Of a stretch of 26,841 bases of DNA, positions 7,155-14,854 are shown piece by piece; positions within the stretch are counted from its first letter, which is position 1, and each line of letters starts with the position of its first letter. The translations under genes were made by a program, and so were the position numbers. Source of the DNA: a virus (lineage: Duplodnaviria; Heunggongvirae; Uroviricota; Caudoviricetes); IMG/VR virus record IMGVR_UViG_2802429248_000008, positions 1 to 26,841 of that record, one strand, 5' to 3'. Under the pieces are notes generated by a model. The model was not told where the DNA came from, did no database searches, and worked only from the letters and a program-made list of their open reading frames with translations.

Positions 7155-7235
7155 GGTGGGGCGTACGGGGCCGACTTCGGTCGGGCCGGTTTCTTCGTTT
7201 GCCGGTGTTGAGAACCCCGTACGTCTCGCCACCCC
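7155..7235 (+). ncRNA. Candidate structured antisense RNA with c4-like (P1/P7 immI-type) architecture
   Basis: Perfect 9-bp stem 7162-7170/7215-7223 and outer 5-bp stem 7155-7159/7229-7233. Inner hairpin CCGAC-UUCG-GUCGG (7171-7184). Second hairpin 7185-7190/7201-7206 with a 10-nt loop. The loop and the single-stranded 7207-7214 are complementary to duplicated targets at 7063-7087 and 7240-7284. No credible ORF is present. Confidence 0.55.
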
Positions 7236-7295
7236 GAGATTCTCAACTCTGGTTGGTGAGTATCCAAAAACTCACAAACGAAGAGGCCAAACACC

Positions 7296-7526
7296 ATGGC
7301 AAACCGCAAACAGCACCGCGCTATCGCGGAGCGTCGTCACATCCAGACTGAAATCAACCGCAGACTTTTCCGCGCATCACGCGTCGCGCAGATCATGCAC
7401 ATCAATATGCTGCATGAGCGCAGCCACGCGCTATCGAACATCTATTCAGCCTCTATTTTCAGCTATCTGGCGGATGATCTGCGCGAGCTTCAGCGGCTCA
7501 TCCTGCAGCAAAACAAACTCCATTAA
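7296..7526 (+). CDS. Small basic protein; likely target of the antisense RNA (occupies the position of Icd in the P1 module)
   Basis: 76-aa ORF. Its GAAGAGG SD (7280-7286) is overlapped by the 10-nt target CAAACGAAGA (7275-7284). Confidence 0.6.
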   Translation: MANRKQHRAIAERRHIQTEINRRLFRASRVAQIMHINMLHERSHALSNIYSASIFSYLADDLRELQRLILQQNKLH

Positions 7527-7598
7527 TTCTGGTTCCGGGCCTTTCCTGCACCTTGCGGCGGGAGGCCTTCGCACATCTGTAACAAGAGGATTGCCGCA

Positions 7599-7964
7599 AT
7601 GATTCTCGCCAACGACTTTCTTGAATACCTGCTCAACACAGAGCGCGATCTTGCCGTTCGCGTGCGTGACCGTTATGACATGTACCTGAAATCCCTGCCT
7701 GTACCGCAGCTCGCTGACGGAAAGATTGTTATTGATGGCCGCTACATGATTGACAGCCACGAGGGAAATTACAGGCTTTACCGCATTGAAGGCGGCACCC
7801 CGTCCGTTATTGGCATTTACCAGCGCCCATCCTCTGCGATCGTCGATGTGATTGCAGACAGCATCCGCATCACACATCGCTATGCCGACACAGAAGACAC
7901 CGTGCTGGAAATTCAGCGGCTGGCTGCCGTTTGCCGTGACACCCTGAACGGTATGACGAAGTAA
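7599..7964 (+). CDS. Hypothetical early protein upstream of the replication gene
   Basis: 121-aa ORF with an AAGAGGA SD 9 nt upstream. Confidence 0.6.
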   Translation: MILANDFLEYLLNTERDLAVRVRDRYDMYLKSLPVPQLADGKIVIDGRYMIDSHEGNYRLYRIEGGTPSVIGIYQRPSSAIVDVIADSIRITHRYADTEDTVLEIQRLAAVCRDTLNGMTK

Positions 7965-7970
7965 ATCAGT

Positions 7971-10793
7971 ATGACGACAGAGTACATCAGGGACTGGCAA
8001 CAACCGCGCCACGCAGTAGGGCGTGAAGGAACGGGGATCCCCGCACCTGAATCCGCGCTTTCCTCCTGGCTGGATGCCTACCGGGCAGAGAACGAGCGCC
8101 GCCAGGAAAAGGCTGATGCGGTGTTCTCCGCCACGCCACTGGGCAACCTGATTAATAAAAGCCTGGACGCACAGGAAAAACAGGACAAAACCATCACTCT
8201 GGCAGGAGAAGCCAGAAGACAGGCACGCGGCGCGGTGGATGAAGCCATGGCCTCGCTGCGCCTGCTGCCGTCCTATCTGCGCGATCCGCTTATTCGCCAC
8301 CTCTCCTTCCTGCGCAAAAAACAGGAAGCCGATCGCCGGAAAGGCAAAAAGAGCTGGCAGGCAGAACGCTATGCACGCGGAACCCTGCGCAAGATATTCG
8401 ATCGCATTAACCGTGCCGACAGTCGCTGGCTGACACCGGGTTATCGCTCCCTTGCCGGACGCGAACGCCTGGACGATTTGCTTTACCTGCCGCAGCTCAA
8501 CAAACACCAGATACAGACGCTGGCCACCATGACGGCGGCGATGTTCAGCAGCACCTTCGAAAAACTCTGCGATGGCTTTGGCGCGACTGATGGTGAGCTG
8601 ACCATGGAGGTGGCACTGAAGGCGTATCAGATGCTGGCCCGCATGGCGTTACACCTGCACACCGTGCCGCCGCATTACGAAGCGCTGACAACAGACAAAG
8701 ACCGGAGGAACGAACCGGACACGGAGCTGCTGCCGGGCGCAATCCTTCGTCTGACCTGTGCGGAATGGTGGAAACGCAAACTGTGGCTGTTACGTTGCGA
8801 GTGGCGGGAAGAACAACTCCGTGCCGCCTGTCTGGTTTCCAGAAAAACATCGCCCTATCTGAGCCAGGACGCGTTAAGCGAGTTTCGCGCACAGCGCGAG
8901 AAAACACGCGATTTTCTGAAAAGTTTCATGCTGGAAAACGAAGACGGGTTCACGATTGATCTCGAGACAGTGTATTACGCGGGAGTAAGTAACCCGGTTC
9001 ACCGTAAGGCAGAAATGATGGCCACCATGAAGGGGCTGGAACTTCTGGCCGAAGCCCGTGGCGACAAAGCGGTGTTTCTGACTGTCACCTGCCCGTCAAA
9101 ATACCACGCCACAACAGAGAACGGTCATCCGAACCCCAGATGGAACGGGGCCACCATGCGCGACTCCAGCGATTACCTAGTTAACACGTTTTTTGCGGCG
9201 GTCCGCAAAAAACTGAACCGCGACGGTCTTCGCTGGTATGGCATCCGCACGGTGGAGCCTCACCATGACGGCACTGTGCACTGGCATATGATGGTCTTTG
9301 CACATCCGGAAGAAATCGACAGCATCGTGGCCATCACCCGCGATATTGCCATTCAGGAAGACCGCCACGAGCTGGGCAATGATATTACTCCGCGCTTTAA
9401 GGTGGAGTATGTCGACGGCTCAAAAGGCACACCGACCAGCTATATCGCCACCTACATCGGAAAAAACCTGGACAGCCGCGCCGTGGATGGCATCGACCCG
9501 AAAACGGGCAAGCCACGCGTTGACCACGAAACCGGAAAATCAATGGCCGAGAGCGTGGAGCGCGCCATCGGCTGGGCGCGCCTTCACCGCGTCCGCCAGT
9601 TCCAGTTCTTTGGCATCCCCTCCCGTCAGGTGTGGCGTGAACTGCGCCGCCTTGCCAGCCAGATGGCACGCAACCCGGAAGGCCCGCAACGGCTGAAGGA
9701 TGACGCAATGGATGCGGTACTCGCTGCCGCTGATGCCGGGTGTTTTGCCTCCTACATTGAAAAACAGGGTGGCGTACTTGTTCCACGCAAGGACTACCTG
9801 ATTCGCACCGCCTACGACCTCGCAGATGAGCTGAACGATTACGGCGAACAGGGCGTACAGATTTACGGGATCTGGTCACCACTCATCGGGGAATCCTCCC
9901 GTGTGTGCACGCACCCGGATAACTGGAAGCTGGTAAGACGTAAACCGGAACAGGAAGGTAGCGCCCACGAAAATGGTTTTGACCTTCAGGGCGGCCCTGC
10001 CGCCCCTTGGACCCGTGGCAATAACTGTCCCCGTGTACAGGAAACGGACAACAACGGGACAGAACAGCCGGAAGAACGGCCAGCACCGTGGCCGCAGCTT
10101 CCTGACGGCATTGAAGTGAACGAATGGATGCGCTCACTGAAACGGCACGAACGCCGGGCGCTGATGCGTTCGCTTCGTGACAAACAGGCAAAAAACAGCA
10201 GTGATGAAATGCAGAGCTGGACACAGAGCCGCAAACAGCAGCGGCCTTTGCCTGATAACCACGAATTACTCGCTAGAGAATGGCGGGAGTCTGCTGAATC
10301 TCTCGGCCTGCATATCGGTGAACAACAAATGCAGCACCTGTTACGGGGCGGCAGTCTGTACGTTGACGGCAGCATCATTGCACCGCAGGGATTTGAAATT
10401 GTACGCAAACCGGATACCCGCCCGGACAGCCGAATCACGCAGCTCTGGCAGCGCCTGAGCCGTAATCACGGTGTAAGCAGCACGGAGATCCGCCATAACC
10501 CGGTCGCCAGCTATCTGGCACAGCTGGGGGCATCAGACCCTGAAGCCGCCGCACGCCTGGCATCCACACTTCAGCAGGACCAGAACACCATGAAAACACC
10601 CGTTACCGTGCTTTCTGACATGCTGCGCGCCATCCGCGACGCAGAGCACGCACAGAGAATCAGTGAAACCACTGAACGCGCCCACCGCAAAGCAGACCTG
10701 CTGCGGGGTGGCCTGACCAGTGGAAACAAAAAACAGACAGAAACGGGACTCACGAATCCCGTAAATGAGCAAAAAACGCGCAGCGATATATGA
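7971..10793 (+). CDS. A: Rolling-circle replication initiator endonuclease (P2 gpA family), C-terminally extended
   Basis: 940 aa. HUH motif HHDGTVHWHMMVF at 9261-9299. Paired catalytic tyrosines YIATYIGKN at 9441-9467. Positioned as P2 A. Confidence 0.9.
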   Translation: MTTEYIRDWQQPRHAVGREGTGIPAPESALSSWLDAYRAENERRQEKADAVFSATPLGNLINKSLDAQEKQDKTITLAGEARRQARGAVDEAMASLRLLPSYLRDPLIRHLSFLRKKQEADRRKGKKSWQAERYARGTLRKIFDRINRADSRWLTPGYRSLAGRERLDDLLYLPQLNKHQIQTLATMTAAMFSSTFEKLCDGFGATDGELTMEVALKAYQMLARMALHLHTVPPHYEALTTDKDRRNEPDTELLPGAILRLTCAEWWKRKLWLLRCEWREEQLRAACLVSRKTSPYLSQDALSEFRAQREKTRDFLKSFMLENEDGFTIDLETVYYAGVSNPVHRKAEMMATMKGLELLAEARGDKAVFLTVTCPSKYHATTENGHPNPRWNGATMRDSSDYLVNTFFAAVRKKLNRDGLRWYGIRTVEPHHDGTVHWHMMVFAHPEEIDSIVAITRDIAIQEDRHELGNDITPRFKVEYVDGSKGTPTSYIATYIGKNLDSRAVDGIDPKTGKPRVDHETGKSMAESVERAIGWARLHRVRQFQFFGIPSRQVWRELRRLASQMARNPEGPQRLKDDAMDAVLAAADAGCFASYIEKQGGVLVPRKDYLIRTAYDLADELNDYGEQGVQIYGIWSPLIGESSRVCTHPDNWKLVRRKPEQEGSAHENGFDLQGGPAAPWTRGNNCPRVQETDNNGTEQPEERPAPWPQLPDGIEVNEWMRSLKRHERRALMRSLRDKQAKNSSDEMQSWTQSRKQQRPLPDNHELLAREWRESAESLGLHIGEQQMQHLLRGGSLYVDGSIIAPQGFEIVRKPDTRPDSRITQLWQRLSRNHGVSSTEIRHNPVASYLAQLGASDPEAAARLASTLQQDQNTMKTPVTVLSDMLRAIRDAEHAQRISETTERAHRKADLLRGGLTSGNKKQTETGLTNPVNEQKTRSDI

Positions 10794-10841
10794 AGCGCGC
10801 ACAAAACAGGCAAAAACGGGATTTCAGAATCCCGTAAACGA
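10726..10841 (+). repeat. Two ~41-bp direct repeats, each with an internal hairpin; candidate parC-like centromere/operator
   Basis: Copy 1 at 10726-10768 (acaaaaaacagacagaaacgggactcacgaatcccgtaaatga) and copy 2 at 10801-10841 (acaaaacaggcaaaaacgggatttcagaatcccgtaaacga). Core is ACGGGA-N8-TCCCGT. Copy 1 lies inside the end of A; copy 2 lies in the A-parM spacer. Confidence 0.6.
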
Positions 10842-10869
10842 TTAATTAATCAACATAAGGAAAAGCGAC

Positions 10870-11829
10870 ATGAAAATTTGTATCGACGACGGCTCCACCA
10901 ACATCAAGCTGGCATGGACTGAGAACAGCGAACGCCGCAACGCCATCAGCCCGAACAGCTTCAAGTCGGAATGGTCTGCGCCGTTCGGTGGCTCGCAGCC
11001 TGCGAACTACATGCTTGATGGCGTGCGCTATGGTTTTGATCCGGTCAGCGATCGCTTTGTCCAGACGACCGACACGCAATACCAGTACAGCGATGTGAAT
11101 GTAATCGCCATTCACCACGCGCTGGTCAAATCAGGCATCACACCACAGGAGGTGGATGTGGTTGTCACCCTGCCACTGAGCGAGTATTTCGACACAAACG
11201 CACAGCCGGACATGGCCAACATCAACCGCAAAAAAGCGAACGTTATGCGCCCGGTGGAGTACCAGAACGGTGAGGCATTCACTATCCGTAACGTGCGGGT
11301 TATGCCTGAATCCATTCCGGCTGGCTTTAAAGCACTGGCTGACATGAGTCCGTTTGAATCCCTGCTGATTGTGGATTTAGGCGGAACCACGCTGGATGTG
11401 GCAAAGGTTCAGGGACAACTGGCAGGTATCAGCCAGGTGTTTTGCGATCCACACGTAGGCGTTTCCCTGATGGCCGATGCCGTACTGTCGGTGATGGCCA
11501 CTAACGGTATGCGTACCAGTCACCACATCGCCAATACCATTATCGAACATCGCCATGATGAAGCCTGGCTGCGCCAGCACATCCACAATGACGCGCATTA
11601 CAACAGCCTGATGGCGGTTATTCGTGAAAAGGAAGAAACACTGAAACAACGCGTGATCCGCGCGCTGGCGGGTTTTTCGGGTTACGGGCGGGTGATGGTT
11701 GTCGGTGGAGGGGCGGAGATTGTGGCACCCGCTATCCGCGAAGCCTGCGGAGTTAATGCGACTTTCATCGCGGACGGGGTGCCACAGTTTGCTCTGGTTA
11801 ATGGGCTGTACGCAATGGACAAGGAGTAA
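10870..11829 (+). CDS. parM: ParM/StbA actin-like plasmid segregation ATPase
   Basis: 319 aa, aligning along its whole length with my recollection of R1 ParM. Shared segments include IDDGSTNIKL, YSDVNV-A-HHAL, VMPESIPAG, DLGGTTLD, GGGAE and LVNG-Y. Confidence 0.9.
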   Translation: MKICIDDGSTNIKLAWTENSERRNAISPNSFKSEWSAPFGGSQPANYMLDGVRYGFDPVSDRFVQTTDTQYQYSDVNVIAIHHALVKSGITPQEVDVVVTLPLSEYFDTNAQPDMANINRKKANVMRPVEYQNGEAFTIRNVRVMPESIPAGFKALADMSPFESLLIVDLGGTTLDVAKVQGQLAGISQVFCDPHVGVSLMADAVLSVMATNGMRTSHHIANTIIEHRHDEAWLRQHIHNDAHYNSLMAVIREKEETLKQRVIRALAGFSGYGRVMVVGGGAEIVAPAIREACGVNATFIADGVPQFALVNGLYAMDKE

Positions 11830-11833
11830 ACCA

Positions 11834-12145
11834 ATGACGACACCAACCAGACGGATAAGTTTCTATCTGAAGCCCGCCGCCGTCAAGAACGAAGGCGAAG
11901 CATGCGCCTGGCTGGACAGCCTTACACCAGAAGCCCGCAAAAGCGGCCAACGCGTGGCTTTTCTGGCCGGGCTGGCACTTCTGAAAATGAATCCGGCAGA
12001 GGCTTACCGACTGGCTGCATGGGCTGACGATGAGGCGTTATCGGTGACACAAACCAGGACAGAACGCCCCGTGTCACAGCCAGTACCAACCGCACAGATA
12101 ACCAGTCAGATGGCAGGGAATATCCGGGCATTATTTCCTGAATGA
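11834..12145 (+). CDS. parR: ParR-like centromere-binding adaptor
   Basis: 103 aa from ATG 11834, with an AAGGAG SD 7 nt upstream. The N-terminal ribbon-helix-helix-like segment RRISFYLKP...ACAWLDSL...RVAFLAGLAL parallels R1 ParR (RTIAFKLNP...LDSIP...AALTAGLAL). It lies immediately downstream of parM. Confidence 0.7.
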   Translation: MTTPTRRISFYLKPAAVKNEGEACAWLDSLTPEARKSGQRVAFLAGLALLKMNPAEAYRLAAWADDEALSVTQTRTERPVSQPVPTAQITSQMAGNIRALFPE

Positions 12146-12205
12146 CGAATTTGACGGCTTTTAATTTTATCGGGGTGCACTGTCGCCCCGCACGAGGAAA
12201 ACACG

Positions 12206-12730
12206 ATGAAAAAATACGAATACATGCTAATGAAAGAAGCACTGCGGGCTGGTCTGGCTCCCTGTCCTGTATCCGTAGAAGCTGTTGTTGGGAACACGAT
12301 TTTCCGAACGCTGCGAAATCGCGTATCCGTGAAGATGATTCACCAACCACCCAAATCTACCAGCATGATCTATCTGCCGCTGCCCGAGGCTATCAAACTT
12401 ATGCGTTCGCTGAAATTTGCGATTTGGATGCAGACACAGCTCAACAAAGCGGTGCAAAACACCTTCGTTAAGAAACTGATGCCGGAGCTTGCTGCCAGAT
12501 GTGCAAAATGTACCAGACCAGCACTTCAATTTGATCTGTCATTGATTCAACAAGCTACGGAGGCAGAACTGTACCGCCTGTCACCTCTCCATGATGCTCA
12601 CACGGAAGCCTCAGAAATGTTCCGGCTCATGTTTCAATTTAATTTTGCCGTTCGACGCACACGCGTTCAGGTCAATCGCATGATGCAGGCGCAGGAAGAG
12701 CTGACGCAACACAAAGGAGGCAACCAGTGA
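12206..12730 (+). CDS. Hypothetical protein, accessory hotspot gene 1
   Basis: 174-aa ORF with a GAGGA SD. No family recognised. Visibly more AT-rich than the late genes. Confidence 0.65.
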   Translation: MKKYEYMLMKEALRAGLAPCPVSVEAVVGNTIFRTLRNRVSVKMIHQPPKSTSMIYLPLPEAIKLMRSLKFAIWMQTQLNKAVQNTFVKKLMPELAARCAKCTRPALQFDLSLIQQATEAELYRLSPLHDAHTEASEMFRLMFQFNFAVRRTRVQVNRMMQAQEELTQHKGGNQ

Positions 12731-13317
12731 GCAAGATTGACTATCAGGCATTACGCGAACGTTATTCACCTGCGCCAGTACCGAAATGCCCTATTTGCGG
12801 CGAGGAAATGTCAATTCAGCGAATATCTGGAGCACAGGTTGTTTATGCCTGCTCCGGTTATGGTGATGATGGAGATTTCAAAATTGGTCGAACTCTTGCC
12901 GACGAACATTATGAAAAATCACGCGTAACAGTGTTGGATGTCGGGGATCCTGAAGTATTGGCGCTACTTGATTGGCTGGAAACTAAAGACAACCGAATCG
13001 CTGAACTGGAAAAAATCGCCACTGACTATGCACTTAAATTCCAGAAAGCACAGGACGCATTAAAGTATGCCGCTTTGCTGCATAGCCGGACGGCGCAACA
13101 AACCAATAATTTTGCAGTATCGCTTCCGGACATAAGCGAATATTTCATTAATGACGTATTTCAGCCCTTGCGATACGAGCGGGATGTTGAAAGAGCCATC
13201 ATAAAGGCTGGCGGAAAAGCATTGTGGCAGGAGAAACACGAGGACAGAACGCATCAGTCCTGCGATGTAAATTGTGGATGGTTTAGCCCACTGACGACAG
13301 ATAAAAATAACACCTGA
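12727..13317 (+). CDS. Hypothetical protein, accessory hotspot gene 2 (zinc-ribbon-like N-terminus plus Ea22-like coiled coil)
   Basis: 196 aa. The GTG start forms a GTGA overlap with gene 1, with an AAGGAGG SD 8 nt upstream. Motifs: CPICGEEM...YACSG and VLALLDWLETKDNRIAELEK. Confidence 0.65.
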   Translation: MSKIDYQALRERYSPAPVPKCPICGEEMSIQRISGAQVVYACSGYGDDGDFKIGRTLADEHYEKSRVTVLDVGDPEVLALLDWLETKDNRIAELEKIATDYALKFQKAQDALKYAALLHSRTAQQTNNFAVSLPDISEYFINDVFQPLRYERDVERAIIKAGGKALWQEKHEDRTHQSCDVNCGWFSPLTTDKNNT

Positions 13318-13329
13318 TCCCCCTCAAAC

Positions 13330-13355
13330 CAGGGCGATAATCGCGCATCGCCCTG
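13330..13355 (+). terminator. Stem-loop after the accessory cassette (possible terminator; no U tract)
   Basis: CAGGGCGAT (13330-13338) / ATCGCCCTG (13347-13355) with an 8-nt loop. Confidence 0.3.
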
Positions 13356-13479
13356 CTGCACAATAGCGCACAAATTTGCACAATTTTTTTGAAAGACTTT
13401 TTACCCTTCCGGCCCGCATGGTGGCTGGATCCGTCAAGGATCCGTGCGTGCACAAAAAAACGCGTTTTTTCTGCGCGCA

Positions 13480-13498
13480 GGTGACGGGGGAACAGCCC
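13480..13498. other. Candidate 19-nt cohesive-end core
   Basis: GGTGACGGGGGAACAGCCC matches 13 of 19 positions of the P2 cos sequence as I recall it (GGCGAGGCGGGGAAAGCAC). It is immediately preceded by two perfect palindromes. Confidence 0.3.
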
Positions 13499-13807
13499 GC
13501 GTTTCAGGGGGTAAATAGCATTCCCTGAACGATGTCGCAGAGATACAACAGAATGGCTGTATTTCTCACGCTGAGCGTGAAAAAGACGTGAGGGCTTTTG
13601 ATTTGATGGGGTGAAAGGTAAGGCCGTCAAAATCGCACTGAGACGGCGAGAACATGCAGCCAACGCGGTGGGATTGCGTAAGAGTCTGGCTGTCGATGAT
13701 GGCAATAAGCAGGAAAGCGTCGTGAAATTATCTGATTGATACAGGAGCTGGAGAGTCGGGGCATAAATTTTTTATGCCCCGGCGAAGCAGCAGACAAGCG
13801 AAGCGCG

Positions 13808-14854
13808 TCAGGATGTGGGCTGGGTGTCCAGCAGTGCATAAGGGTTAAAGCGGATCACCTCTTCGCCAAGCCAGTCATTGATGTGCTTCATGGCCTCCAT
13901 GACGGGCATCAGCTCGTTAATTGCGTAAACCCGCGCGGCCTTCTCCACATCACCAAACGCACTTTTTTCGCCCGGCATCGCCCCCATCAGTTGCGGCGGA
14001 ACGCGGTGCGCAGCCAGCACATCATCACGGGATGCCGCCTTGACATTCATGAACTCATCCTTTGCGGTGATCTGCTGGAACGGCAAAATTTGCACCCCCT
14101 CTTTGCCCCCGTTGGGCGCATGAATGAGCACGTTTTTAAACGCACCACCACCACGTGCACCCTGTAACGTTTCTTTCAGGGAGTCCATGCTTTCGCGGTT
14201 TACCTGCGCTGCACCGATGTAGATGATGCACCCGGCGTGGGATCCGTTGTCGTAATACAGTTTTCTGAACATGTCCGCCGAATGAGACAGGCTGGCCGAG
14301 AGTAATGCGCCGAGATATTCCGGCATGCCGTAAATTTCCTGGTTAATGTCCGGATTCATCAGGTGGCACACTTTGCCAGGGCGAAACTGGAACGCGTCCT
14401 TGCCATCCTGCACATACCACCATGATTCAAGATCGCTTCCGCGTCGCATGTATTTCGCCAGTGCGTGCCGTAATTTAAGCGGTTCGCCGAGCATATTGCT
14501 TCGAAGCTCAAGGAATGCGTTACCGAACACAAACCAGTCCAGCGCCAGCGCCGAGAAATCCTGCCGGGAAAGCAGCGGGTGCGGAATATAGCAACCGAGC
14601 AATACATTGCGCTTAAAGTAAAGCGCAGACTGATGCCAGGACGTTTGCCGGGCAGCTCTTGCCAGACCGTACCAGTCCACCGGGGTTTCATACCACCGCC
14701 CGTTATCAGCACAGTACATATTGTCCAGCAGGTCATGCCCGGTCAGGCGATAAGGACCATCAAATGTGAATGCACTGAGCGATGATTCTTTCCTGAGCGC
14801 ATCAGCGAGATCAATGCGTGAACTCATGCGCACTTTTTTATTTTTTCTGCTCAT
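13808..14854 (-). CDS. Q: Portal protein (P2 gpQ family)
   Basis: 348 aa, first gene left of cos. One-nucleotide overlap (TGATG) with the stop of the terminase gene. Size and position match P2 Q. Confidence 0.88.
   Translation of the reverse strand: MSRKNKKVRMSSRIDLADALRKESSLSAFTFDGPYRLTGHDLLDNMYCADNGRWYETPVDWYGLARAARQTSWHQSALYFKRNVLLGCYIPHPLLSRQDFSALALDWFVFGNAFLELRSNMLGEPLKLRHALAKYMRRGSDLESWWYVQDGKDAFQFRPGKVCHLMNPDINQEIYGMPEYLGALLSASLSHSADMFRKLYYDNGSHAGCIIYIGAAQVNRESMDSLKETLQGARGGGAFKNVLIHAPNGGKEGVQILPFQQITAKDEFMNVKAASRDDVLAAHRVPPQLMGAMPGEKSAFGDVEKAARVYAINELMPVMEAMKHINDWLGEEVIRFNPYALLDTQPTS

Larger units (their letters stand above)
13318..13807. other. Non-coding cos / packaging region
   Basis: 490 bp with no credible ORF, lying between the early/accessory arm and portal gene Q, as in P2. 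It is dense in phased repeats and palindromes. Confidence 0.7.

Noticed and set aside
7155-7235. Possible tRNA or tRNA-like gene
   Set aside because: There is no GTTCRANNC T-loop, no D-arm consensus and no anticodon arm of canonical size. The fold has two hairpins inside a 9-bp stem, and an antisense RNA explains it better.
6982-7602. 206-aa plus-strand ORF spanning the non-coding gap
   Set aside because: The product is R/S/T-rich and low in complexity. It has no SD, it runs through a terminator and the structured RNA, and it overlaps the better-supported ORF 7296-7526 in another frame.
7446-8507. 353-aa minus-strand ORF
   Set aside because: It is antisense to the well-supported gpA gene and to ORF 7599-7964. 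It has no SD or family resemblance, and its composition is typical of a shadow ORF in GC-rich coding DNA.
9397-10438. Several 110-160-aa minus-strand ORFs (9397-9882, 9883-10224, 9986-10438)
   Set aside because: All are Arg/Pro/Cys-rich shadows antisense to gpA.
12151-12180. TTGACG hexamer as a dedicated promoter for the hotspot pair
   Set aside because: No acceptable -10 element lies 16-18 bp downstream. Whether the pair has its own promoter or is read through from parMR cannot be decided by eye.
13283-13705. 140-aa minus-strand ORF in the cos region
   Set aside because: It has no SD, is an R/S-rich shadow-type sequence, and lies in the region expected to be non-coding packaging DNA.
13757-13780. 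GGGGCATAAATTTTTTATGCCCC hairpin as the terminator of portal gene Q
   Set aside because: The stem is plausible (8 bp), but neither strand has a flanking U tract outside the loop. It could equally be part of the packaging region, so it is left as part of the cos-region feature.
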